A stretch of DNA of 24,000 nucleotides from Modicisalibacter ilicicola DSM 19980 (GCF_900128925.1 NZ_FQUJ01000011.1:1-24000); one strand, 5' to 3'; counted from the stretch's first letter, positions 14,601-22,763 are shown. Notes: a model not told the origin generated them from the letters alone. Made by a program: numbers and translations.

Positions 14601-15926
14601 CTAACAGGGCAGTGCGATACGCACACACAACCCCCCTTCGTTTGAAGCAGAAAAAGCCACCTCGCCACGGTACTGCGCGACGATCTGCTTCAGAATCGCC
14701 AACCCGAGCCCGTGGCCGGGGGTACTCTCATCCAGCCGCTTGCCGCGCTCGCCAAGCTGCGATAGCGCGGATGCCTGCACCCCCGGCCCATCGTCCGTGA
14801 CCTCGAGCGTCAGGCCCTGGCCTGAATCCAGGGCTATGCGACAGCTCACATGTGCTCGAGCCCATTTGCCGGCATTATCCAGCACGATACCGAGCATCTC
14901 GTTGAGATCCTGGCGCTCCACCGCGACGCTGTGCTCCGGCGGTAGCTTCAGATCGAGAGCGAAGCACTTGTCAGGATAGAGCGTGCGCATCATCTCGATC
15001 AGGGTGCCCGCTTCCCGGGCGACCACGGCGTGCTGAGCGCTGCCCGGTCCCGCGAAGCGAGCCCGGCGCAATTCCGAGCTCAGCTGTGCCTGCATGTCTT
15101 CCAGGCGCTCTAACATGCGCTGACGGCGCTGGTCGTCGATCGGACGCCGACCTCTCAGCACCTGGGTGACGGCTGCCAGTGGGGTCTGCAGCATATGCGA
15201 GAGGTTGGCCACCGCCTCACGGGAGCGCTGCAAGCGGCGTTGAAGCTCATCCATGAAATGATTCAGCTGAATGAGCAAATCATCCAGTTCGGACGGGCTG
15301 TCGAGGTCGAGTCGCTCGCGCTGTCCCGCCTGAAACTCCGCCAATTGGCTCTGGAGTCGCAACAATGGGCGAAGGCTGCGATTGACCGCCACAAGGTTCA
15401 TCAAAATCAGCAACATGAGAACGAGGCCGGCGATTCCCCCGACCCACCAGTGCAGGGTATCGAGCCCCTCCGCGACCTGGGCAAAATCCTCCCCCACCAA
15501 CAGTACGCCGGGCTCGCCATCCAGCTCGAAGGTATCTCGATAGACGAGCAACTGACGCCCCTGCCATTGCACCTCGAACAGCCGAGCGTCGGGGCCATCG
15601 AGATGTGGCTCCAAGGGGAGGAGCCAATTCGGGTGCGACGAAGATATTCGACCACCGACCCGTAACACATAAAGATGATGGAAGACCTCGCTGGCCAGGG
15701 AGTCCGATTCGAGCCATTGACCGGGTGGCCCCCCCAGGCGTTCTAGACGCTCAAGGGTGTAACGAGCCTCCTGTCGCAACCGGTCGCCCAGAAACTCCCG
15801 AGCCAGGTCGCCCAGCAGGATGCCATGCAGCAGCCAGGTCACGCCGACCACGAGCAAAGCGACCAGCCCCAATCGGCTCAACAGGCTGAAGCGCAGGCTT
15901 CGGCGATCAACGGGCAGGAAAGACAT
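14601..15926 (-). CDS. Two-component sensor histidine kinase (two TM helices, periplasmic loop, HAMP, HisKA, HATPase)
   Basis: H-box 'ANLSHMLQTPLAAV' and G-boxes 'DDGPGV' / 'GHGLGLAI'. TM1 is 'LGLVALLVVGVTWLLHGILLG' and TM2 is 'WWVGGIAGLVLMLLILMNLVAV'. ATG 15926 overlaps the regulator gene by 20 nt; GTG 15938 is an alternative start. The TAG stop at 14603-14601 lies inside the right MITE target-site duplication. Confidence 0.88.
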   Translation of the reverse strand: MSFLPVDRRSLRFSLLSRLGLVALLVVGVTWLLHGILLGDLAREFLGDRLRQEARYTLERLERLGGPPGQWLESDSLASEVFHHLYVLRVGGRISSSHPNWLLPLEPHLDGPDARLFEVQWQGRQLLVYRDTFELDGEPGVLLVGEDFAQVAEGLDTLHWWVGGIAGLVLMLLILMNLVAVNRSLRPLLRLQSQLAEFQAGQRERLDLDSPSELDDLLIQLNHFMDELQRRLQRSREAVANLSHMLQTPLAAVTQVLRGRRPIDDQRRQRMLERLEDMQAQLSSELRRARFAGPGSAQHAVVAREAGTLIEMMRTLYPDKCFALDLKLPPEHSVAVERQDLNEMLGIVLDNAGKWARAHVSCRIALDSGQGLTLEVTDDGPGVQASALSQLGERGKRLDESTPGHGLGLAILKQIVAQYRGEVAFSASNEGGLCVRIALPC

Positions 15927-16572
15927 AACCTTGCCCACGTCGTGTCTGGATGAAACGCTTGCCCAGCAGCCGGCGTAACCGACCTATATAGACCTCGACC
16001 AGATTGGGCGCGGGGGCATCCTGTTCCAGGGTGTACAGCTGTTCCAGCAGCTGCCCCTTGGAGTGCACGCGATCGGGGTGACGCATCATGTAGCGTAGCA
16101 GGCAGAACTCGGTCGCGGTCAGGGCATGCCAGACGCCATCGCTATCACACACCTGCTTGGTCGATTCATCCAGGGCGATGCCGTTCACGTTCAGGGTGGT
16201 ATCCACGGTGTTGCTGCCCCGACGCAGCAGGGCATGCAGCCTGGCCAGCAGCTCGGCCTCGTGATAGGGCTTGGTCAGGTAGTCATCCGCACCACCGTGC
16301 AGGCCTGCCACCTTGTCCTCCCAGCTGTCCCGGGCAGTCAAGGCAAGGATGGGCAGATGGCGGCCACTGCGCCGCCAACGTTTCAACAGCTCGAGGCCCG
16401 AGCCATCCGGTAGTCCCAGGTCGAGTATCGCGAGGGTGTAGTCCTCGCTGTTCATCAAGGCATCCGCCTCGCGCACCAGACCGGCAACGTCCACCCGATA
16501 GCCCTCGTCTTCCAGGGCTTCCGACAGGCTATCGGCCAGTAGATCATCGTCCTCGACGAGCAGCAGCCTCAT
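15907..16572 (-). CDS. OmpR/PhoB-family response regulator (winged-helix DNA-binding)
   Basis: 221 aa. Receiver 'MRLLLVEDD...LAILDLGLPDGSG...LTARD...GADDYLTKP' and output 'RLRRLLGKRFIQTRRGQGYVF'. By eye it is closer to the PhoP/QseB/PmrA-like subgroup than to E. coli CusR. ATG 16572 lies 1 nt after the cupredoxin TGA, with AAGGA upstream. Confidence 0.92.
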   Translation of the reverse strand: MRLLLVEDDDLLADSLSEALEDEGYRVDVAGLVREADALMNSEDYTLAILDLGLPDGSGLELLKRWRRSGRHLPILALTARDSWEDKVAGLHGGADDYLTKPYHEAELLARLHALLRRGSNTVDTTLNVNGIALDESTKQVCDSDGVWHALTATEFCLLRYMMRHPDRVHSKGQLLEQLYTLEQDAPAPNLVEVYIGRLRRLLGKRFIQTRRGQGYVFPAR

Positions 16573-16573
16573 C

Positions 16574-17062
16574 TCAATCCTTCACGTTCAGTTCGCCGTG
16601 CATGCCGCCTTCGAAATGACCCGGGATATTACAGGCATAGATGAGATCATGGTTTGCCGTATCAGGCGCTGTCCAGACAAGTGTTTTGGTTTCACCACTC
16701 GCCACCGTAACGGCGGGCATGACGTTATCCCCCGTGCTGTGATGGTCTGCTGACATGTCATGATGCCCACCGTCACTGGATGCCATATCCTGCATCATCT
16801 CGCGATGCTCTTGCTGCTCATCGGCAGCCCCGATGACGAATTCGTGCTCAATTTGGCCGATGTTCTCGATAACGAACTTCACCGTTTCACCTGGCGCGAT
16901 GGAAAGGTCATCGGGTTTGAACCACAGATCGCCCGCTTTCACCTCGATGGTCCGGTCGATTTCTGATTCCGGTATATCCTGTTCACCCCCATCATGGCCG
17001 GGACCGGCCAAGGCGGCGGTAGCAGTCAATCCCAGTGTGATCGCTAACAACAGTTGACGCAT
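16574..17062 (-). CDS. Periplasmic cupredoxin (plastocyanin/azurin-like, CopI-like) with His/Met-rich insert
   Basis: 162 aa with a signal peptide. Type-1 Cu ligand pattern: 'IEHEF' His plus 'CNIPGHFEGGM' (C-x4-H-x4-M). Insert 'HREMMQDMASSDGGHHDMSADHHSTGDNVMP'. GAGG RBS. Confidence 0.85.
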   Translation of the reverse strand: MRQLLLAITLGLTATAALAGPGHDGGEQDIPESEIDRTIEVKAGDLWFKPDDLSIAPGETVKFVIENIGQIEHEFVIGAADEQQEHREMMQDMASSDGGHHDMSADHHSTGDNVMPAVTVASGETKTLVWTAPDTANHDLIYACNIPGHFEGGMHGELNVKD

Positions 17063-17113
17063 GGTATTACCTCAAAATATTCATGGATTGGAGGGTCATT
17101 TGCATAGCTGTCT

Positions 17114-17881
17114 CTAGAACCACATTCTCACGCCGGCGACGACACCCGTACCCTCCGGTTCGTTACCCAATTCTCGAGACATGTCGGCAGTATCACCGTA
17201 TTGCTTCTGCCAGTAGCCGCCGATGTAAGGGGCGAATTTACGGGAAATTTCGTAGCGAAGCCGCAGGCCTAAGCGCGCGGAATTGAGTCCTTCACCGACT
17301 CCGAATTCGGGCACCTCTTGGGCGGCGGCGGTGATCTCGGTGCGTGGCTGAAGGTAGATTCGTTGTGTCAATCGCAGGTCATACTCGGCTTCCAGGTCGG
17401 CGGACACATCGCCCTCGTCGCTGACCCTTAGAGAAGCATCGACTTCAAAGCGGTAGGGCAACTGACCGAACAGGCTCAGCACGGCAAAACCGCGCTCGGG
17501 ATGATCATTCGAGGCAATGCCACCTTGATAACCGACACCCCCCTGCAACTCCCAGAAATCGGCGATCAAGTGACTATAGAGCAGATCGAGGGACTCGAAC
17601 TCGGCATCTTCGTCGTCTCCCTGGACATTCGCCCCCTCGCCCTTGATATAGACACGCTGAATATCGCCGCCGTACCAGCCCTGAAAATCCCAGACCACCG
17701 CCTCTTCATTCTCGTCGGTCCAGTCGTATTCCAGCCGATCGACGAGGAAGGTGCCAAAATAGTGCTCGGTCATCGGCGCGCCCCAGCCGGGAGGGGCGTC
17801 GTAGTCATCGGCCTGGGCTGGCACTGTCAGTATCATCGCCAGCACACTCGCACCGGCTAATTCTTTTGCAATAAACCGCAT
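17114..17881 (-). CDS. copB: Copper resistance protein B (CopB/PcoB outer-membrane protein), copy 2
   Basis: 255 aa. Signal peptide '...VPAQA|DD', 'DRLEYDWTDENEEAVVWDFQGWYGGDIQRVYIKGEGA', C-terminal '...GVRMWF'. AGGAG RBS. Starts 13 nt after the copA2 stop. Confidence 0.9.
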   Translation of the reverse strand: MRFIAKELAGASVLAMILTVPAQADDYDAPPGWGAPMTEHYFGTFLVDRLEYDWTDENEEAVVWDFQGWYGGDIQRVYIKGEGANVQGDDEDAEFESLDLLYSHLIADFWELQGGVGYQGGIASNDHPERGFAVLSLFGQLPYRFEVDASLRVSDEGDVSADLEAEYDLRLTQRIYLQPRTEITAAAQEVPEFGVGEGLNSARLGLRLRYEISRKFAPYIGGYWQKQYGDTADMSRELGNEPEGTGVVAGVRMWF

Positions 17882-17894
17882 CGACTAAAACTCC

Positions 17895-19694
17895 TCAAGC
17901 AACCCTGACGACCCGGAACATGCCGGCATCCATGTGATAAAGAAGATGACAATGAAACGCCCAGCTTCCCGGTGCATCCGCACTGACCAGGGCGGATACG
18001 CGCTCGCCAGGCTTGACGTTCAGGGTATGCTTGCGCGGAATCAGCTCACCGGCGCCGTTTTCCAGCTCCATCCACATGCCGTGCAGGTGAATGGGATGCT
18101 CCATCATGGTGGTATTGAAGAAGATCAGCCGCAGCCGCTCGCCATGCTTGAAGAGAATGGGGCCATCGACCTCGCTGAACTTCTTGCCATCAAACGACCA
18201 CATGTAACGCTCCATGTTGCCGGTCAACTGCAGTTCCAGCTCGCGTCCCGGCGGGCGCCGGTCAGGCCAGGGGGAGTAGGCCTTGAGGTCGCGGTAGGTG
18301 AGCACATGACGTTCCTGCGGATCGATACCGATGCCCGGCTGGTCGTAGCGCGAGCCAGGCTGCGCCGTACCGGCGGGCAACAAGCCACCTGCCGTCGTGG
18401 TGTTCTGCATGCTCGAGTGATCCATGCCTTGCATGCTCGAGTGATCCATGCCCTGCATGCTCGAGTGATCCATGCCCTGCATGCTCGAGTGATCCATGCC
18501 CTGCATGCTGGAGTGGTCCATCCCCGACATGCTCGAGTGCTCCATACCGCCATGTCCGGCCATGGCTTCCATGCCGCGGTCGGCGATCCGGCGCCGCTCG
18601 GGAATGGGCGCCACCATACCCAATCGCGGCGCCAGAGTAGCTCGGGCGTACCCGCTACGATCCATGGCTTCCGCAAAGATCGTATAGGCACGGCTCACCT
18701 CGGGCTCGACGAGCACGTCATAGGTTTCCGCCACGGCAATACGCAGCTCATCCACCGGCACCGGCTGCACCGGCTGACCGTCGGCGGCCACCACGGTCAT
18801 CTTCAGGCCGGGGATGCGCACATCGAAATAGCTCATCGCCGAGCCATTGATTATCCGCAGGCGCAGTTTTTCGCCGGGGTTGAACAGGGCTGTCCAGTTG
18901 TCTCGTGGGGCGTGACCGTTCATCAGATAGGTGTAGGTGCTGCCGGTAACATCGGCGATGTCTCGGGAACTCATGCGCATCTGCTCCCACATCGAGCGCT
19001 GCGCCAAGGTATCGGCAAGGCCGTTCTTCGCCACGTCATTAAAGAAGTCGGCGATGGTACGCTCCTGGTAGTTGTAGTAGCCCTCTGCCACCTTCAGATG
19101 GCGGAAAACGTCTGTGGGCTCTTCGAAGGTCCAGTCGGTCAACAGCAGCACATGCTCGCGATCGTAGGAAAAGGGCTCAGGCTCCGCGGCGTCAATGATC
19201 ATCGGCCCCGCGTGGCCAAGTTGCTCCTGCAGCCCCGAGTGGCTGTGATACCAGTAGGTGCCGTTCTGATTGACCGGAAAGCGCGCGGTGAAGGCCTGTC
19301 CCGGCGCGATGCCGGCGAAGCTGATACCCGGCACGCCATCCATTTCCGGCGGCAGGATCAGGCCGTGCCAGTGCACGGAGGTATCCTCGTCGAGCAGATT
19401 AACGACCTTGAGGGAGGCATCATCGCCTTCGCGCAGGCGAATCAATGGCCCGGGGCTTGTGCCGTTGAGCGTGATAGGGCGCCCTTGGCGACCGGCGATG
19501 GGCAGCGACTCGCGGCGCACCGCAAGCGAGATGTCACGGCCCTGCACGGCGCCGTGGGGATAGACGTTACTGATGCCGTCGGGATTGGCCCAGGCAGGGC
19601 GCAGTCCCAAGGCCGCGGTCGATAGCCCCAGGGCGGTGGCGACCTTGAGCAACTGACGTCGGGACAGCGTCGCATCGGCCGAAGAAGAAGTCAT
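17895..19694 (-). CDS. copA: Copper-resistance multicopper oxidase (CopA/PcoA type), copy 2, with Met/His-rich octapeptide repeats
   Basis: 599 aa. Tat signal 'SRRQLLKVATALGL'. Motifs 'SVHWHG', 'WYHSH', 'HPIHLHG', 'HCHLLYHMDAGM'. Repeat block 'GMEHSSMS(GMDHSSMQ)x5'. Confidence 0.93.
   Translation of the reverse strand: MTSSSADATLSRRQLLKVATALGLSTAALGLRPAWANPDGISNVYPHGAVQGRDISLAVRRESLPIAGRQGRPITLNGTSPGPLIRLREGDDASLKVVNLLDEDTSVHWHGLILPPEMDGVPGISFAGIAPGQAFTARFPVNQNGTYWYHSHSGLQEQLGHAGPMIIDAAEPEPFSYDREHVLLLTDWTFEEPTDVFRHLKVAEGYYNYQERTIADFFNDVAKNGLADTLAQRSMWEQMRMSSRDIADVTGSTYTYLMNGHAPRDNWTALFNPGEKLRLRIINGSAMSYFDVRIPGLKMTVVAADGQPVQPVPVDELRIAVAETYDVLVEPEVSRAYTIFAEAMDRSGYARATLAPRLGMVAPIPERRRIADRGMEAMAGHGGMEHSSMSGMDHSSMQGMDHSSMQGMDHSSMQGMDHSSMQGMDHSSMQNTTTAGGLLPAGTAQPGSRYDQPGIGIDPQERHVLTYRDLKAYSPWPDRRPPGRELELQLTGNMERYMWSFDGKKFSEVDGPILFKHGERLRLIFFNTTMMEHPIHLHGMWMELENGAGELIPRKHTLNVKPGERVSALVSADAPGSWAFHCHLLYHMDAGMFRVVRVA
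18405..18548. repeat. Six tandem 24-bp units (consensus CTGCATGCTCGAGTGATCCATGCC on the plus strand) encoding the MDHSSMQG octapeptide repeats of copA2
   Basis: Units 1-4 (18405-18500) are identical except for one base in unit 2 (TTGCAT instead of CTGCAT). Units 5 and 6 are diverged. The repeats are in-frame within copA2. Confidence 0.92.
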
Positions 19695-19741
19695 GGCACA
19701 GGTTCCTGACGATGAAATGATCGCCAGTGTGCTATCACTGC

Positions 19742-19758
19742 CTGAAAATAAGCTGAAA
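19742..19758 (-). promoter_or_regulatory. Direct-repeat box 3 (TTTCAG-CTTAT-TTTCAG, read on the minus strand); candidate response-regulator operator upstream of copA2
   Basis: Plus strand CTGAAAataagCTGAAA with 11-bp periodicity. It lies 47 nt upstream of the copA2 ATG (19694) and 8 nt after the PLD stop. Identical at 15 of 17 positions to box 2. Confidence 0.5.
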
Positions 19759-19766
19759 TCCTCTGC

Positions 19767-21314
19767 CTACAGCAGATGCTCGACCCCCAGCAGACGGAGC
19801 ATCCAGGCCTTGAAGTGGCGCCAGACGCTACCAGGCTCTTCCTCCAGCGTCACCAGGCGCCCGTCCACTTCGGTGCGCCAGCTCAGATCACCATCGCCCG
19901 TCAAAACGACTTCGTAGCTACGCGTCGGGGCCGTTCCCTGTTTTGCGATCGCCCATAACCGCTCACCCAACACCGGACTATCGATCAGCAGGCCGACCTC
20001 GCTGTTCCACCATACCGATCGAGGATCGGCATTCATGGAGCCGATGAAGATGCGCTCGGCGTCAAAGGCGATGGCCTTGGTATGCAAGCTCGTTATCTCG
20101 CCTTTGGCACGCTGAATGGTCGGCCCTGAAGGCTTCGCCCGCAGTTCGAACAGCCGTACCCCGCTGTCCAACAACGTCGGGCGCTCGGAGGCATAGGGGC
20201 CGTGCAATACAGGCAGGTCCGTGGCTTCCAGGGCGTTGGTCAGTATGGTCGGCGTGACGCCCCGCCCGCGTAGCGAGCGCAGATACTCGAGGCTGGCCTG
20301 GGTCGGCACGATATAGGGTGAGATGATCAGCAAGCGGTGCTCCACTTGATGGAAGGCATCGCGTAACCGATCAAACAGCGTCATCTCGAGCGCCGGATAT
20401 CCCTCGGCTTCGAGTTTCTCGGGGGAATCCCACAGGGCAACGGTCGGCGCCCAGGTCAAAGACTCCAGCAATACCTCACCAGGCTCTCCGGTCAAACGCC
20501 ACGCCGTCGGTTGTGACAAGAGCGCATCACCCTGCCTGGCAGCGTGACCAAGCTCGACAAGAAGCTCGCGCCAGGCGTTTGTGCCGGCTTGCTCGAAATA
20601 GTGCAGCGGCACCGCCATGGGATGATTCCAGAAACGGTCGAAGCTACCCGAGAGCGCATTCACCACCGGGCCGATCGCCAGCACATCCAGATCGTTGAAG
20701 TTGAGCTCCTCGGCGACCTCGAAGTAGCGATTGGCCAGGTTGCGCCCCCCGGTGATGGCGACCGACCCGTCGGTAACCCACAGCTTGTTGTGCATACGCC
20801 GATGCTTGCGATCGAAATCCGTGGCGAGTGCCAGATAATAAAGCGGCGCACTATGGCGCCCTGCGGTGACCGGGTTGAAAACCCGCACCTGGATATTGGG
20901 ATGAGAATTGAACGCAGCCAACAGGTGCTGTTTACCCAGGCTCGCGGTATCGTCCAACAGCAGTCGCAAGCGAACACCGCGCTCGGCAGCATGCAGCATG
21001 CGCTTGAGCAATGCGCGTCCGGCTTGGTCATTCTCGAGGATGTAAGTCTGGACATCGAGGGTCCGCTGGGCGTGCTCCGCCAGTGCGGCGCGCAGGGCGA
21101 AGGCCCGCGGGCCATCACTGAGCAGTTGCACACCGCTCACCCCTTGATGCCTCTTGGTCGACTGGCTGGCCCAGGTGCCTAGATAGGTTGTCTCGGCTGC
21201 GTTGGGGGTTAGTGCCATGGAAGGCGCCCGAGCCACCTCGACCGTGCTACAGCCCCCTAGCCAGGTTCCGACCAGGAATAGCAGAAGTAATAGTCTGCCT
21301 GTTTTCACGGTCAT
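19767..21314 (-). CDS. Phospholipase D / cardiolipin-synthase-like family lipoprotein (two HKD motifs)
   Basis: 515 aa. Lipobox 'GTWLGGCS'. HKD motifs 'HRRMHNKLWVTDGSVAITGGRN' and 'SLHTKAIAFDAERIFIGSMNADPRS'. Confidence 0.88.
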   Translation of the reverse strand: MTVKTGRLLLLLFLVGTWLGGCSTVEVARAPSMALTPNAAETTYLGTWASQSTKRHQGVSGVQLLSDGPRAFALRAALAEHAQRTLDVQTYILENDQAGRALLKRMLHAAERGVRLRLLLDDTASLGKQHLLAAFNSHPNIQVRVFNPVTAGRHSAPLYYLALATDFDRKHRRMHNKLWVTDGSVAITGGRNLANRYFEVAEELNFNDLDVLAIGPVVNALSGSFDRFWNHPMAVPLHYFEQAGTNAWRELLVELGHAARQGDALLSQPTAWRLTGEPGEVLLESLTWAPTVALWDSPEKLEAEGYPALEMTLFDRLRDAFHQVEHRLLIISPYIVPTQASLEYLRSLRGRGVTPTILTNALEATDLPVLHGPYASERPTLLDSGVRLFELRAKPSGPTIQRAKGEITSLHTKAIAFDAERIFIGSMNADPRSVWWNSEVGLLIDSPVLGERLWAIAKQGTAPTRSYEVVLTGDGDLSWRTEVDGRLVTLEEEPGSVWRHFKAWMLRLLGVEHLL

Positions 21315-21426
21315 GTCACGTTACAGTTTTTGACATATTACGCCAAAGCCGGACATCCCGGCGGTGACACATCCGGCACACGCTCAACGCTCGACAAAGG
21401 CCGAAAGCGCTACGTCTACAGCGCTA

Positions 21427-22668
21427 TCACCTTTTTGACTCGTTCAGCAGCGAGCTGACGACACGACCGATGGTCAGCCCCTGCACCAGGATCGAGAACA
21501 GCACGATCAGATAGGTCACCGTGAGTAGCACGTCCCGAGTCTCGCCACTGGGAATGGCCAGGGCCAGAGCCACGGAGATGCCACCGCGCAGGCCGCCCCA
21601 GGTCAGGATGCGCACCGAACCGCGACGGAAACCCAGCTGTTCGCGCAGGAGCATCACCGGCACGCCGATGGTCGCGAAACGTACCACCAACAGCACCACG
21701 ATCAGCCCCGCGCCAACCCACAGGTGACCCGTCTCGAAGGGGATCAGCAATACTTCCAGACCGATGAGCACGAACAGCAAGGTGTTGAGGATCTCGTCGA
21801 TGAGTTCCCAGAAGGCATCGAGCTGTTCTCGGGTGGTCGCCGACATGGCACTTTGACGGGCCTTGTTGCCGATCAGGAGACCCGCCACGACCATGGCAAT
21901 GGGCCCCGAGACATGCAACTGCAGCGCCAGGGCATAGCCGCCCAGCACCACGGCCAGGGAGATGAGCACTTCGATACGGTACTCGTCGATGCTGCGCATC
22001 AGCACATAGGCCAAGCCGCCCACGATCAACCCCAGCGCGACACCGCCACCGGCCTCGAGCAGGAACAGCTTGCCGACGTGGGCGACAGTCAGGGCCTCGC
22101 TACCGGTGGCGGCCCCGAGCAGGACGGTGAAGACCACCACGGCCACGCCGTCGTTGAACAGGGATTCGCCGACGATGCGCAGTTCGAGATCCACCGGGGC
22201 ATTGGCCTTGCGCAGGATGCCCAGCACGGCGATGGGGTCGGTGGGCGAGATCAGCGCCCCGAACACCAGGCAGTACATCCAGGGCACCGAAAAGCCGAAG
22301 AAACCGAGCAGGAAATAGGCGGCGGAACCGATGGCCAGGGTCGAGATCACCACCCCCAGGGTGGCCAGGAAACCGATCGACCAGCGGTAGCGCCTGAGCC
22401 GGTCCAGGTCGATATGCAGGGCACCGGCGAACAGCAGCAGGGAGAGCATGCCCTCCATCAGCAGCTCGTTGAAATCGATGCGCGCCAGCCAGCTCTCGGC
22501 GCGATCCTCGATGCCCGAGAAACCCAGCCAGGCCAGGCCATGCATGCCCCAGGAGAGCGCCAGGGCAATGGCCATGACCCCGATGGTGGTAGGCAAGCGG
22601 ATGAACTGCTGGTTGAACCAGGCAAGAATCGCCGTCAGCGTGACGATGATCGCGATGAGGTCGAGCAT
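21427..22668 (-). CDS. CPA1-family Na+/H+ (cation:proton) antiporter
   Basis: 413 aa from ATG 22668 (AAGGAAGG upstream). Polytopic. 'GALISPTDPIAVLGIL' and 'GESLFNDGVAVVVF' are typical of NhaP/CPA1 exchangers. The track ORF start at 22740 adds a non-membrane leader without an RBS. Confidence 0.87.
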   Translation of the reverse strand: MLDLIAIIVTLTAILAWFNQQFIRLPTTIGVMAIALALSWGMHGLAWLGFSGIEDRAESWLARIDFNELLMEGMLSLLLFAGALHIDLDRLRRYRWSIGFLATLGVVISTLAIGSAAYFLLGFFGFSVPWMYCLVFGALISPTDPIAVLGILRKANAPVDLELRIVGESLFNDGVAVVVFTVLLGAATGSEALTVAHVGKLFLLEAGGGVALGLIVGGLAYVLMRSIDEYRIEVLISLAVVLGGYALALQLHVSGPIAMVVAGLLIGNKARQSAMSATTREQLDAFWELIDEILNTLLFVLIGLEVLLIPFETGHLWVGAGLIVVLLVVRFATIGVPVMLLREQLGFRRGSVRILTWGGLRGGISVALALAIPSGETRDVLLTVTYLIVLFSILVQGLTIGRVVSSLLNESKR

Positions 22669-22741
22669 GGCAGGCCTTCCTTGTGCCGTGGTTGTTCTTG
22701 AACCGGTCGTGACCCTGCAAGACCCTAGGGTAGCACGCAAG

Positions 22742-22763
22742 AACGCCGCCCGAAGGCGGCGTT
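22742..22763 (-). terminator. Perfect 9-bp stem hairpin downstream of ahcY (possible terminator; weak U-tract)
   Basis: AACGCCGCC-cgaa-GGCGGCGTT, 24 nt after the ahcY TGA. There is no convincing T-run on either strand, so termination efficiency is uncertain. Confidence 0.45.

Noticed and set aside
14038-14628. The 196-aa version of the cusF ORF, extending upstream through 14395-14628.
   Set aside because: The extension is a translation of the MITE and the 3' end of the kinase gene. The CusF-like protein starts at ATG 14394 with its own RBS and signal peptide.
18405-18548. The regularly spaced 24-bp repeats were considered as a possible CRISPR or other non-coding array.
   Set aside because: The units are directly abutting with no spacers. 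They are in-frame inside copA2 and encode the Met-rich octapeptide repeat.
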